A stretch of DNA of 64,000 bases from an uncultured Candidatus Saccharibacteria bacterium (GCA_964550035.1 CAZJVU010000002.1:118894-182893), one strand, 5' to 3'. Counted from the stretch's first letter, positions 8,493 through 17,979 are shown. Translations and numbers: made by a program. Notes: generated by a model not told the origin, from the letters alone.

Positions 8493-8810
8493 ATGATCAC
8501 CCTTGCTGGTTTGAGCAACTTCGTCGCCTACATCGACGGCACTCTCGCTGCGATCGTCTCGATCGTGGTGGGCGTGATCGCCGCGTTCAAGGCGGAGCGG
8601 AGCAGTGTCTACACCGTGGTCATGCTCTTGATCGCCGGCGTCGTCGTGACCATGAGTCTCGCGCTTCCGAGCTCGGTTACGAACATGCCCTTCGTGGAAG
8701 GCGTGGTCGTGGCGTTGGCCTTCAAGCTGGCGCTGACCGTGGTCATCGTGGGCGAGATCCACTGCCTTTACGTGCTGGGCGTCTTCTCGCGACGATCGAC
8801 GCAGCAATGA
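8493..8810 (+). CDS. Small hydrophobic membrane protein (105 aa), GC-rich islet
   Basis: Three hydrophobic segments. Preferred over the antisense ORF 8487..8912 because of the consensus promoter, RBS and downstream terminator on the plus strand. Confidence 0.6.
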   Translation: MITLAGLSNFVAYIDGTLAAIVSIVVGVIAAFKAERSSVYTVVMLLIAGVVVTMSLALPSSVTNMPFVEGVVVALAFKLALTVVIVGEIHCLYVLGVFSRRSTQQ

Positions 8811-8855
8811 CTCAAGAAAGAGGGCGGGAGAGGCCATCGTGGCCCTCCCGCAGGG

Positions 8856-8881
8856 AGCCCAAGCAGATGCTTGGGCTTTTT
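8856..8881 (+). terminator. Intrinsic terminator
   Basis: AGCCCAAGC-agat-GCTTGGGCT followed by TTTTTCC. Confidence 0.75.
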
Positions 8882-8936
8882 CCGTATCTAAATCCACGCC
8901 CAATGGCCACACGATGCACTATACTTATACGTAACT

Positions 8937-9068
8937 ATGAAGAAGAAAAACCCAAAGAAAGACGGCAAACGCCAGAAGGCCGCAACGAAGCGCGCTCTTT
9001 ATGAGAAGGCTCGCAGGCAAAAACACAAGAGCAAGAAGCCGCCCGCAAAAAAGGCCACCGATAGCTAG
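8937..9068 (+). CDS. Possible very basic small protein (43 aa)
   Basis: MKKKNPKKDGKRQKAATKRALYEKARRQKHKSKKPPAKKATDS*. A TATACT/TATACG -10-like run sits just upstream with no SD (possibly leaderless). Could be non-coding. Confidence 0.3.
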   Translation: MKKKNPKKDGKRQKAATKRALYEKARRQKHKSKKPPAKKATDS

Positions 9069-10087
9069 GCTCTGCTGCGACTGGCCGCCACACGGCTTCT
9101 GATGCGGCGCCCGAGTTCTTCGCCTCGTGCCCTTGCATCGGCGTCAGCTAGGCGATCGAATCCACCTGACCGCTTCCAAGCAAAGAGCCGGAGCGCGAGG
9201 AAGTACGCGCCAACGGCATACAGAACACCGAGTACTGCGTCGAACACATAATGCTCGCCGAGGTACACGATACCAATCCACATCGAAATCGGATAGAGCC
9301 ACAGCCACCACGTGCGGCGCAAGCTAAAGGCCTTGTTCACGAATAGTACCAACAGCGTGGGATAGGCCGCATGTAGCGAGGGCACAGCTGCGACTTCGTT
9401 CGGCGAAAGCTTGCTGTAAACCTCAGAGAAATTCGTCACGCCCATGGCGTACCAAATATCACTACTGATGCGATGAATCGGATGGATGTATCCCAACTCG
9501 CTCGCCATCCACGGCGGCGCAGCAGGGAAGATAACATAGGTGAGAAATCCGGCAAACGACAAGAAAATAAAACCCCACATATACGACCAGTACAGCTTAT
9601 CGCGCTTCCACCATATCAGCAGCGCCACCAGCACTGGCGCTAAAAAGTGCACCGTATAGAAAAGGTAGAAATAGAAATCATACCAATTCACATGCCCGTG
9701 CCACCACAGCCGCTGGAGCCATTCGGTCGGGAGGATGCCGCCAAAGACAAATCTGTCGAAATCGATCATCTCGGTAAAGTGCACTGACTTGTTAAGGTCG
9801 TCGGCGATGCTCCGGAACGAGTCGTACACCAACAGCAGCCCTATAAACGGCACGAACCGGACCAAGAATGGCCGCGCCTTGCCGAAGACAACGGCGAGCG
9901 CAAGCAGCACGATGAACAGCGTATCGGGTGTCCAAAAGTTCCGCTTCACGGCAAACACAGCCACCACCAGCGCGATCACCGCCACGCGAAGCCAAAAGAC
10001 AAATGGACGCTCACGATAGAGCCGCTGGACAGGTGCCGCGTAGCGATGCAAGTTAAAAGTCATGTCGTCAATTATACGACATGGCAC
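9065..10087 (-). CDS. PAP2-superfamily integral membrane protein (IPC-synthase/AUR1-like PAP2_C type)
   Basis: Multi-TM, 340 aa. Motifs VPSLHAAYP (SxH) and GEHYVFDAVLG (HYxxD) match the PAP2 C2/C3 motifs. The true start may be the internal MTFNLHRY. Confidence 0.65.
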   Translation of the reverse strand: MPCRIIDDMTFNLHRYAAPVQRLYRERPFVFWLRVAVIALVVAVFAVKRNFWTPDTLFIVLLALAVVFGKARPFLVRFVPFIGLLLVYDSFRSIADDLNKSVHFTEMIDFDRFVFGGILPTEWLQRLWWHGHVNWYDFYFYLFYTVHFLAPVLVALLIWWKRDKLYWSYMWGFIFLSFAGFLTYVIFPAAPPWMASELGYIHPIHRISSDIWYAMGVTNFSEVYSKLSPNEVAAVPSLHAAYPTLLVLFVNKAFSLRRTWWLWLYPISMWIGIVYLGEHYVFDAVLGVLYAVGAYFLALRLFAWKRSGGFDRLADADARARGEELGRRIRSRVAASRSRA

Positions 10088-10096
10088 GTCTGGGGG

Positions 10097-10786
10097 CTAA
10101 TAGCTCTCTGACGTGTACTCATGGCGTTTTTCGCGGATCTGGAACGCAGCCGGCCTGGCAAAGTTCCCGCCAAATGACAGCGACTGCGCCTCGTATTCTT
10201 CCTGCGTCATCCAGGCATTGCGGCCACCCTCGAACGTCTCGATGAGTTTCCCGCGCGCGTTGGTGCCGGCGATGGTGAAGAATATTTTGTCCTCAAGGAG
10301 CTCGCCGGTATCTTTGTTGTAGTCCATCTTGTGGTAGACTTCTTCAAACTCAAGGTCTGCTTCCAGGCCGGTTTCTTCCATGAGCTCGCGTGCCGCGGCT
10401 TCGAGGATTGTCTCGCCCCAGCGGATCTTGCCGGTCGGGCGCCCCCAATACCCATAGTAGGGTTGCTTGAGGCGCTGCTGTAGAAGCTGCTTGTCATCAT
10501 CGCGGCGTATCATCAGACAGACCGCGACCTTGGGCTGGCGTTCGACTTTGCGCTCGTCGGTGTCGAAACGGTTGGCAAATTCTTTGCCTTTTTGCGTCAG
10601 ATGATACGCGCCTCTGTCGTTCTTGGTCACGAAATCCTCATCAAGCAACTGTTTCAGATAAAAATTGAAGTGATCGCTGCTGAGTTCGCTTGCTTTTTGC
10701 AGTTCGGCGAATCGCGCGTCGGGGCGAAAGAGCAGCACGTGCAGTATAGCGACGTGTGCAGGATGTAGTTCTTTGTCGATGCTCAT
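10097..10786 (-). CDS. NUDIX hydrolase with N-terminal winged-helix domain
   Basis: Nudix box GKIRWGETILEAAARELMEETGLE. The N-terminal ~70 aa is wHTH-like (HVAILHVLLFRPDARFAELQKA...). Confidence 0.8.
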   Translation of the reverse strand: MSIDKELHPAHVAILHVLLFRPDARFAELQKASELSSDHFNFYLKQLLDEDFVTKNDRGAYHLTQKGKEFANRFDTDERKVERQPKVAVCLMIRRDDDKQLLQQRLKQPYYGYWGRPTGKIRWGETILEAAARELMEETGLEADLEFEEVYHKMDYNKDTGELLEDKIFFTIAGTNARGKLIETFEGGRNAWMTQEEYEAQSLSFGGNFARPAAFQIREKRHEYTSESY

Positions 10787-10932
10787 AATTTGTTCCTTGT
10801 TTCGCCCTCATAAAACCAAATATATACATGCAAATCTAGTGAAATAAACTTCAGTGAAAATGACCGACGGGAGCAAAAAGCGCGGGTGCGCTGACCGAAC
10901 CAAAGTCCGGCCAGCGCACCACGTTGCGAGGC

Positions 10933-11364
10933 TCAGGTAGTCCACAGCTGTTGCCTCGGCATGAAGCACGAGAACCAGAACAGCGGCACGACGATCAGGA
11001 GCTCCGCAGCAGCGAACAGCCAGAGTTGCGGCTCTGTGGTGGCCATCTCCAGCATGGTGCCATGCGCGGCTTCCACGATGTTCCAGATCGCGATGACGGT
11101 CACGCCGAATGCCCACGGCATCCGCACGTGTGTCGGCGCGTAGTTGGCCACGTAGACGCAGATGCCTGCGGTACCCGCGGCAAGCACGCACACTAGCGCG
11201 GCTCCCCACAGCGGCAGTTCGGGTCCGAACAGCCAACCACCGTCCTGGCTGAACTTGGCCAGGCCGAAGATGGCGTAGCCAAGGTGCACGAGGATGGTGA
11301 CGAGCACTGCGGTGCCCGGCCAGGCCTGCATGAGGACAGGCCTCTCGACCTCTCTTTGTGGCAT
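10933..11364 (-). CDS. Hypothetical membrane protein (143 aa), GC-rich islet
   Basis: Start MPQREVERP at 11364 is preceded by a GGGAG RBS and the extended -10 TGGTATAAT (11416-11424, minus). 4 hydrophobic segments. The longer 275-aa ORF upstream is Arg/Pro-rich junk overlapping the promoter and hairpin. Confidence 0.6.
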   Translation of the reverse strand: MPQREVERPVLMQAWPGTAVLVTILVHLGYAIFGLAKFSQDGGWLFGPELPLWGAALVCVLAAGTAGICVYVANYAPTHVRMPWAFGVTVIAIWNIVEAAHGTMLEMATTEPQLWLFAAAELLIVVPLFWFSCFMPRQQLWTT

Positions 11365-11415
11365 AGGATTGCTCCCGTCGATCAAACGTCTCGGCGCGGT
11401 GCCGAGAAGAAGTAT

Positions 11416-11424
11416 ATTATACCA
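11416..11424 (-). promoter_or_regulatory. Extended -10 promoter element TGGTATAAT
   Basis: The plus strand reads attatacca. It lies in an AT-rich gap between two GC-rich ORFs, about 50 nt upstream of ATG 11364. Confidence 0.55.
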
Positions 11425-11472
11425 TAATTGTGCTTTAAAAATAAGTTCAGAAAAACCTCGAGTAGTACCCGG

Positions 11473-11505
11473 CCCGGGCGCGCTACGAGAAGCAGCGCGC
11501 CCGGG
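11473..11505 (-). terminator. GC-rich hairpin after the 11523 gene
   Basis: CCCGGGCGCGCT / AGCGCGCCCGGG, a perfect 12-bp stem with a 9-nt loop. No immediate U-tract. Confidence 0.5.
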
Positions 11506-11522
11506 AACGGTAGTGCGAGTGG

Positions 11523-11942
11523 TCAGCTCTCGGCGGCGACGGCCTTCGGCGCGCGGAGCCGGAAGTAGACCGCGGGCACGCAGATGAACCCGACGGCGAT
11601 CAGGAGGCTGATCACGCCGGTGCTGCCGGTCAGGGCGTGCTGCTCCGGCATGCCACCGGGCGCCGCCGTCATGAAGCCGAGACCGAAGGCCGCGGCCAGG
11701 ATGACGAGGTAGGCCCAGCGGCCACGGCTCGGCGCCCGCGCGATCAGGACGATGTAGCACAGCACGATCCCGGCGAGGATCATGGCCGACGCGGTGACGC
11801 CGATGCTGTAGATGCCGGCGAACGTCAGGTTGTCCTGGTGGCTCAGCGCGCCGATGAGAATGACCGCGGAAAGCACCAGGGTGACAGCCACGGCGATGTT
11901 CGCCAGCATGCTGGAGGAACCGTTCTTGGACTGGTCGCCCAT
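11523..11942 (-). CDS. Hypothetical membrane protein (139 aa), GC-rich islet
   Basis: 4 TM-like segments. AGGGAG RBS. Promoter TTGTAA-N16-TATAAT at 11994-12021 (minus). Confidence 0.6.
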   Translation of the reverse strand: MGDQSKNGSSSMLANIAVAVTLVLSAVILIGALSHQDNLTFAGIYSIGVTASAMILAGIVLCYIVLIARAPSRGRWAYLVILAAAFGLGFMTAAPGGMPEQHALTGSTGVISLLIAVGFICVPAVYFRLRAPKAVAAES

Positions 11943-11993
11943 CAGAAACTCCCTACTCGAGGATGAAGCCCATAAATTCAGGGCACGAATGCC

Positions 11994-12021
11994 ATTATAC
12001 GCCAGAAACAGTTTTTTACAA
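11994..12021 (-). promoter_or_regulatory. Sigma70-type promoter for 11523..11942
   Basis: On the minus strand: TTGTAA (12016-12021), 16-nt spacer, TATAAT (11994-11999). Confidence 0.55.
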
Positions 12022-12034
12022 TGTTTTTCGAAGT

Positions 12035-12514
12035 TTACAATGCTATTTTGCTAAACGCGTAGTCTTTTACCTTGCGCCAGGTCTTTGTCTCGATATGAAA
12101 CCCGCGGATATCGCCCTTCACGCGCGAAATGCGTACAAGCGCGGGGTTGTAGGGCGCGAGCGTCTGATAATACCGCGTGTCGTCGTCGCTCATGATGTGC
12201 TTACCGGGGAACATGGTCTTGAATTTATCGGTACCGATACGCTGAAAATACTCTTTGTCGCCATGCGGCGGCAGATAGCCTTCGACATCTACATTCATGT
12301 TGCGCAACATCTTACGGACGTCTGCAAGCACCAAGTTGCTCTGAGACTGAATGAAACAATACAGAACATTCGGCGACGTCTTAAAGAGTGTCGCGCTGGC
12401 GGCAACACCCGTCGGTACATCGCGCGCAACGACTTCACTGATGTTTAGCTTCAGCCCAAACGCTGCCTCGATAGTGCGCTCGATGGTAACATCGCTATAA
12501 ATTTCGTCGTTCAT
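12035..12514 (-). CDS. Hypothetical protein (159 aa)
   Basis: AGAGGT RBS, follows 12556..13134 on the same strand. No family recognised. The overlapping plus-strand ORF 11963..12448 lacks start signals. Confidence 0.55.
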   Translation of the reverse strand: MNDEIYSDVTIERTIEAAFGLKLNISEVVARDVPTGVAASATLFKTSPNVLYCFIQSQSNLVLADVRKMLRNMNVDVEGYLPPHGDKEYFQRIGTDKFKTMFPGKHIMSDDDTRYYQTLAPYNPALVRISRVKGDIRGFHIETKTWRKVKDYAFSKIAL

Positions 12515-12555
12515 GTTACCTCTAATTGTACTCTGTTGAGCCTCCGCGCCAAGCG

Positions 12556-13134
12556 CTAGCGCTTTCGGCTATTGACTGCCAGCGTAAATCCGCCCAGCAG
12601 CACAACGACTCCTGCGGTGACGGCAGCCATCCAGAACAACATATCTTCGCGGACTTCAACTTCTTTGAGCGAACGCCCAACAAGCACGTAGCCAGTGAAC
12701 TGATCGTGCTTGTAGGCCTGCACGACAAGCGCAATCCGCACGCCCCGCTCGGGCTGCCACGTCACACGATTTTGATGATCAAGCGTCGAAGCAGTCAGCA
12801 CGCCCTTTGGTGGAAGGGGAGTGGCGCTGTCCATCGCCATACTGCTGGCCGTGACTTTTCCGTTGCTATCGACAATAACACCGAATGGAGCAAGGCTTTT
12901 GCGTGGATCGACCTTGATGCTTTTGGTGTCAATCGCATCTTCTGGCAGGCTGCCGGCGGACATCTGGGCGGCGATATCGCCAGCAAGTCGAATCTGCGGA
13001 TCGTTGGCGTTCTGGCGATAGGTTTGGTGCACTGCCGCATAGACAAACCCAACAACGATAAGAAGCGCGAGCGTCAACGGCAGCACCGCCGACACGCCGA
13101 TGTGTAGTGAACCTTTTGTGGGATTTGTTGCCAT
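12556..13134 (-). CDS. Hypothetical protein with N- and C-terminal TM anchors (192 aa)
   Basis: AAGGGGA RBS, hydrophobic segments at both ends. Divergent from the helicase gene. Confidence 0.55.
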   Translation of the reverse strand: MATNPTKGSLHIGVSAVLPLTLALLIVVGFVYAAVHQTYRQNANDPQIRLAGDIAAQMSAGSLPEDAIDTKSIKVDPRKSLAPFGVIVDSNGKVTASSMAMDSATPLPPKGVLTASTLDHQNRVTWQPERGVRIALVVQAYKHDQFTGYVLVGRSLKEVEVREDMLFWMAAVTAGVVVLLGGFTLAVNSRKR

Positions 13135-13230
13135 AATTGTTTCCCCTTGGTTTTACGAGTTATGTTTAGTATACACCTCGTGAAGTAACACTAGTCAAAT
13201 AAGGGACGGCGCCGTACAATAATACGAGTT

Positions 13231-16200
13231 ATGTCAGAGGGAATGGAATTTAGCAAGGCGTACGCAGCGCTCAATCCGCGCCAGAAAGAGGCCGTCGATA
13301 CTATCGAGGGCCCAGTGATGGTTGTGGCCGGGCCAGGCACTGGCAAGACGCAATTGCTGAGCATGCGCGTGGCAAATATCTTGCGCAAGACAGACGTGCT
13401 GCCAAGCAACATTCTCTGTCTGACCTTCACCGAATCGGCCGCGACGGCAATGCGCCAGCGTCTGGTGAGGTTGATGGGGCAGGATGCCTATAAGGTTGCG
13501 ATCCACACCTTTCACAGTTTTGGGAGCGAGGTGATCAATCACCATCCCGAATACTTTTACCAAGGTGCTCACTTCCGCGCCGCGGACGAACTCAGCAGCT
13601 ACGAAGTGCTCGAACCAATCTTTGAAGCGCTGCCGCACAAAAACCCACTCGCCACAACGCTCAACGGCGAGTTCACGGCGCTGCGCGACGTGCAGTTTGG
13701 CATCGGCAACCTCAAGAAAGCAAGCTTGCTGCCTGATGAGCTTGGTAAGATCCTTGATCACAACGAAGCATTCCTGGACCTTGCCGAACCAATTCTGAGT
13801 AAGACATTCGACGTGCCGCGTTTCTCCAAGAAACACCTTGCTGACGTCGAGAAAGCACTGCATGAGCTCGAGTCATTTACGCCCGAGCCCTTACCGGTCA
13901 GCCTCTTCAAACCGCTCAGCGAGGTGTGTGTGCACGAGCTGACGCGTGCGCTTGAGGCCGCCGAGGAAGCCTCGAGCACCCAGCCCATGACCGCCTGGCG
14001 CAATCGCTGGCTCGAGAAAAACGGCCGCGGCGTGTTTGTCTTTAAGGACCGCGCCCGAATCAAAAAGCTCCGCGCCATGAGCGGCATCTACCAGAAATAT
14101 CTCGAGGGTATGCAGGAGCGCGAGCTCTATGACTTTGACGATATGATTCTGCGCGTGGTGCATGGCCTCGAGGTATTTCCAGATTTGCGCTACAACCTAC
14201 AAGAACGCTATCAGTACATTCTCGTCGACGAGTTCCAGGACACCAACGGTGCACAGCTGCGCCTCCTTCAAAACCTCACCAACGCTGAAATGAACGAGGG
14301 CCGCCCCAATATCCTGGTGGTAGGCGACGACGACCAAGCGATCTACGCCTTCCAGGGCGCGGAGATTGGTAATATTCTGCAGTTTCGCGATCTGTATGGC
14401 GACCCTGTCACCATCACATTGACCGATAACTATCGCTCGACTGACGTCATCCTGAAGAGCGCGCGCGATGTCATCACGCAAGGGAACGAACGCCTTGAGG
14501 TTGTGCTCGAGAATGTCGACAAGGCATTGACCGCGCACAGCAAAGTCGCGCCAACCGAGAGCGAGCTGCATCAGTTCGCGAATCCGACCGAGCAGTATCA
14601 ATGGATCGTCACTCAGATAAAGCAGCTCATCGCCAGTGGCACGCCCGCGAGTGAAATCGTCGTGCTCGGGCGCAACCATCGCCAGCTGCTTGAAATTCTG
14701 CCGCATCTGCGTCAGGCTGGCATCGCCATCAGCTACGAACGCCGTAACAATGTGCTCGAAGCTGAACACATCGTGGCGCTGACATTGATGGCACGGGTGA
14801 TTGTGGCACTCGAGCAGCAACGGTTTGACATTGCGGAGTCGCTCCTACCGCAACTGCTCAGCTACGAATTCTGGGGGATCAAGACCGAGGAGCTGTGGCA
14901 GCTTTCGCTCAGCGCTTATCGTCAGCACAAGTTCTGGCTGGAGCTAATGCTGGAGCGCGACGGTAAACTCAAGCGCATCGCCGAATTCCTCGTGGTCAGC
15001 AGCCACGAGACCCAGCACGAACCGCTCGAAGTCATGCTCGACAAGCTCATTGGCAGCACTGAACCGCAAGTTCCGAACGAGGCCGAAGAAGAAGGCGAGG
15101 GGATTCAGACCGGGCCAAGCGAAGAGATCTTCACCTCGCCGCTGCGCGATTACTACTTCAACGAAAAGCGCCTCGAGGCCAACCCCAGCGAATATCTCAC
15201 CATGCTCAGCAACCTCGCGGTCATACGCCTGCGCCTGCACGAGTATCGGCCAGACCAGCCTCTGACGCTTGCGGACTTTGTGGCTTTTATCGACCTTCAC
15301 GACAAGACGCACATGGCCATCGTGGACAGCTCGGACCACACCGAGGACGGCCAAGCTATCCAGCTGATGACGGCGCACAAATCGAAAGGTTTGGAGTTCG
15401 ACGCGGTGTTTATACTGAGCTGCCAAGAAGATATTTGGGGCACCAAGGCTCGCAATCGGTCTAGCAGCATTCGATTCCCGCATAACTTGCCGATCGAACC
15501 TGCTGGCCAGACGGATGACGACTGCCTGCGCTTGTTCTTTGTGGCAATGACCCGCGCCCGGGCGCGCCTGTTCATGACGTCCTACCAGACCGACAACGCC
15601 GGCAAGGAAAGCCTACTCGCCAGCTTCCTGAGCGGCGATGCCTTCGCACCAATCACGCACAGCATCGGCGATATCACCGCCGAGCTTCTCCAGACGCTCG
15701 AGCCGACCTGGCATCTTCGCCACATCAATTCACCGCATACGCTCAAGCAGACACTGCTACGGCCGCAACTCGACAGGTATCAGCTGAGTGTCACGCACCT
15801 CAATAACTTCCTCGACGTCACCAGCGGAGGGCCCCAGGCGTTTCTGCTGCAGAACTTGTTGCGTTTCCCGCAAGCCATGGGCACAGGCGCGGTATTTGGC
15901 TCGGCCGTGCACGCCGTTTTGCAGCGTGCACACGTGCACCTCAGCAGCAGCGGCGAGAAGCGTCCGGTCGAGGACATCCTGCACGACTTTGAGCTTCAGC
16001 TCCAGAATGCGCGGCTCAGCGAACGCGACTTTGCCTACCTGCTCGAGAAGGGAAGTGATGTCATCCCGACGTACCTGAGCGAGCGATATCATTCATTTGC
16101 ACCGGAACAGCTCGCCGAATATTCATTTACCAACCAGGGCGTGATAGTCGGCGATGCTCGGCTCACCGGCGCCATCGACTTGCTCGATATCGACAAAGAC

Positions 16201-16581
16201 AGTGGTCGTGTGGTTGTGACCGATTACAAAACCGGCAAACCAGCCGCCAACTGGCGCGGCAACACCGAGTACGAAAAAATCAAGCTCCATAAGTATCGCC
16301 AGCAGCTTATGATGTACAAATTGCTGGTCGAAGGCTCGCGCGACTTTGGCGGCAAGCACCGGGTTGAGAGCGGTGTGATTGAATTCGTGGAGAGTGACGG
16401 CGACGGCACGGTCCATTGCCTAGAGATGACGTTTGACTTCGAGGAACTTGAGCGGTTCAAGGCGCTGGTGCGCGTGGTGTGGCGGCACATCATGGCACTG
16501 GACCTGCCGGATACGAGTGGCTATTCACCGAGCTATGCGGGGATTCGGCGGTTTGAGGATGATCTTTTGAAGGAGACCTAG
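13231..16581 (+). CDS. UvrD/PcrA/AddA-like superfamily-1 helicase with C-terminal PD-(D/E)XK nuclease domain
   Basis: Walker A VVAGPGTGKTQ, ILVDEFQDTN, VVGDDDQAIYAFQGA, LTDNYRS, TAHKSKGLEFD, and C-terminal GAIDLLDIDKDSGRVVVTDYKTGK (nuclease motif). Confidence 0.9.
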   Translation: MSEGMEFSKAYAALNPRQKEAVDTIEGPVMVVAGPGTGKTQLLSMRVANILRKTDVLPSNILCLTFTESAATAMRQRLVRLMGQDAYKVAIHTFHSFGSEVINHHPEYFYQGAHFRAADELSSYEVLEPIFEALPHKNPLATTLNGEFTALRDVQFGIGNLKKASLLPDELGKILDHNEAFLDLAEPILSKTFDVPRFSKKHLADVEKALHELESFTPEPLPVSLFKPLSEVCVHELTRALEAAEEASSTQPMTAWRNRWLEKNGRGVFVFKDRARIKKLRAMSGIYQKYLEGMQERELYDFDDMILRVVHGLEVFPDLRYNLQERYQYILVDEFQDTNGAQLRLLQNLTNAEMNEGRPNILVVGDDDQAIYAFQGAEIGNILQFRDLYGDPVTITLTDNYRSTDVILKSARDVITQGNERLEVVLENVDKALTAHSKVAPTESELHQFANPTEQYQWIVTQIKQLIASGTPASEIVVLGRNHRQLLEILPHLRQAGIAISYERRNNVLEAEHIVALTLMARVIVALEQQRFDIAESLLPQLLSYEFWGIKTEELWQLSLSAYRQHKFWLELMLERDGKLKRIAEFLVVSSHETQHEPLEVMLDKLIGSTEPQVPNEAEEEGEGIQTGPSEEIFTSPLRDYYFNEKRLEANPSEYLTMLSNLAVIRLRLHEYRPDQPLTLADFVAFIDLHDKTHMAIVDSSDHTEDGQAIQLMTAHKSKGLEFDAVFILSCQEDIWGTKARNRSSSIRFPHNLPIEPAGQTDDDCLRLFFVAMTRARARLFMTSYQTDNAGKESLLASFLSGDAFAPITHSIGDITAELLQTLEPTWHLRHINSPHTLKQTLLRPQLDRYQLSVTHLNNFLDVTSGGPQAFLLQNLLRFPQAMGTGAVFGSAVHAVLQRAHVHLSSSGEKRPVEDILHDFELQLQNARLSERDFAYLLEKGSDVIPTYLSERYHSFAPEQLAEYSFTNQGVIVGDARLTGAIDLLDIDKDSGRVVVTDYKTGKPAANWRGNTEYEKIKLHKYRQQLMMYKLLVEGSRDFGGKHRVESGVIEFVESDGDGTVHCLEMTFDFEELERFKALVRVVWRHIMALDLPDTSGYSPSYAGIRRFEDDLLKET

Positions 16582-16590
16582 GCACAAGTA

Positions 16591-16710
16591 GGCAAGCACC
16601 GTGGCGTGTAGCCGCGAAGCGTCAAGCGGAACGCAGCCGGAGCGTAGTTGCCGAAGGCAGATTACGCCCCGCGCGAAGTGCATTCGCGGCTACACGCCAC
16701 GGTGCTTGCC
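16591..16710. repeat. 28-bp perfect inverted repeat with 64-nt spacer
   Basis: GGCAAGCACCGTGGCGTGTAGCCGCGAA (16591-16618) is the exact reverse complement of 16683-16710. It starts 10 nt after the helicase stop codon. Confidence 0.9.
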
Positions 16711-16772
16711 GTTCGAGGTCTCGTCCCTGCCGGTACTACCTATGGTATAGTAAAGAAAGAGGACCGCGCCAA

Positions 16773-16988
16773 ATGTCCGAAAGAGAACCAGTACTCAATC
16801 CAGAACTCGAAGCCGCGCTCACAGCGCATGAACGTGCCGTGCTCGATGGGACAGGGCCAGAAATTAAAGCTGCCTACGAGAACTTGCGGCGCGTCCAGCA
16901 CCAACTTGGCCAAGCAGCTCGCGCAGCAGCCGAAGCTGCAGCAAAGGCTCAGAGCGCCGAAGAACCACCGCAGCTTGCAGCGAGCTAA
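16773..16988 (+). CDS. Small Ala-rich hypothetical protein (71 aa)
   Basis: Extended -10 TGGTATAGT at 16743-16751 and an AGAGGA RBS. Predicted helical. Confidence 0.45.
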   Translation: MSEREPVLNPELEAALTAHERAVLDGTGPEIKAAYENLRRVQHQLGQAARAAAEAAAKAQSAEEPPQLAAS

Positions 16989-17030
16989 CTCTAGTAATTT
17001 GATCTTATTTATTGTAAAATAACTATTCGT

Positions 17031-17975
17031 ATGAAGTCTATTTGGCACGACCTGCCGCAACCATTCTTTATCCTCGCTCCGATGGATGCCGTGACCGACA
17101 CGGTGTTTCGCCATGTCGTCGATAAAGCTGCCCGTCCGGATATGTTCTTCACTGAGTTCACTAACACCGACGGCTACTGTAGCCCGAAAGGTCGCCATAG
17201 CACTTATTCGCGCCTGCTCTTCACCGAAGATGAACAGCCGCTCGTGGCTCAGATATGGGGAACGATCCCCGAACACTTCGCCGAAATGGCCAAAGGCCTG
17301 AAGGAAATGGGCTACCAGGCGATCGACATCAACATGGGCTGTCCGGCAAAGGACGTGACCAAGAAAGGCGCTGGCTCCGCGCTCATTCAGACGCCCGAGC
17401 TCGCCGCCGAAATCATCGCTGCCGCCAAAACAGCGGGCCTACCAGTAAGTGTTAAAACTCGTATAGGCTACAGAACGCGCGCCACCGAAGAATGGCTGAG
17501 CTTCTTGCTCAAACAAGACATCGTCGCACTCACCGTCCATGCCCGCACCATGAAAGAAATGAGTAAAGTCCCGGCACACTGGGAAGAAGTTCGAAAAGCC
17601 GTCGAACTTCGCGACGAGATCGCGCCACACACACTCATCATCGGCAATGGTGACGTCGTCAGCCGCGAAGAAGGCCTCCGGCGCATTGCAGAGACCGGCG
17701 CCGACGGCATTATGATCGGCCGTGGCGTGTTTACGAATGTCTTCTGCTTCGAGCACGAACCACGCGAGCACAGCCAGGAGGAAATGTTCAACTTGCTAAA
17801 CTACCATCTCGACCTGTGGGAGAAGACCTGGAAAGGGGAGGCAAACTACCACGCGCTGAAACGCTTCTTCAAGATCTACATCAAGGGTTTTGCCGGAGCG
17901 AGCGAGCTACGAGAGAAGTTGATGGGTACGAGCTCGATCGAGGAAGCTCGCCGCATCATAGACGCTGCTGGCTAG
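17031..17975 (+). CDS. dus: tRNA-dihydrouridine synthase
   Basis: 314 aa. LAPMDAVTD..., IDINMGCPAKDVTKKGAGSAL, VHARTMKEMS, typical Dus TIM-barrel motifs. Confidence 0.9.
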   Translation: MKSIWHDLPQPFFILAPMDAVTDTVFRHVVDKAARPDMFFTEFTNTDGYCSPKGRHSTYSRLLFTEDEQPLVAQIWGTIPEHFAEMAKGLKEMGYQAIDINMGCPAKDVTKKGAGSALIQTPELAAEIIAAAKTAGLPVSVKTRIGYRTRATEEWLSFLLKQDIVALTVHARTMKEMSKVPAHWEEVRKAVELRDEIAPHTLIIGNGDVVSREEGLRRIAETGADGIMIGRGVFTNVFCFEHEPREHSQEEMFNLLNYHLDLWEKTWKGEANYHALKRFFKIYIKGFAGASELREKLMGTSSIEEARRIIDAAG

Positions 17976-17979
17976 CCTT

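Noticed and set aside
8487-8912. 141-aa minus-strand ORF opposite the 8493..8810 membrane protein
   Set aside because: The consensus promoter, RBS and a canonical terminator all favour the plus strand. The minus-strand translation is His/Asp/Arg-rich with no signals.
10933-11760. Full 275-aa version of the minus-strand ORF
   Set aside because: The N-terminal 130 aa are Arg/Pro/Gly junk that overlaps the TGGTATAAT promoter, the 11473-11505 hairpin and the 3' end of the upstream gene. A start at 11364 with a GGGAG RBS is far more plausible.
16648-17022. 124-aa plus-strand ORF starting inside the 28-bp inverted repeat
   Set aside because: It runs through the palindrome arm and the promoter/RBS of the better-supported 16773..16988 ORF in another frame, and it has no start signals.
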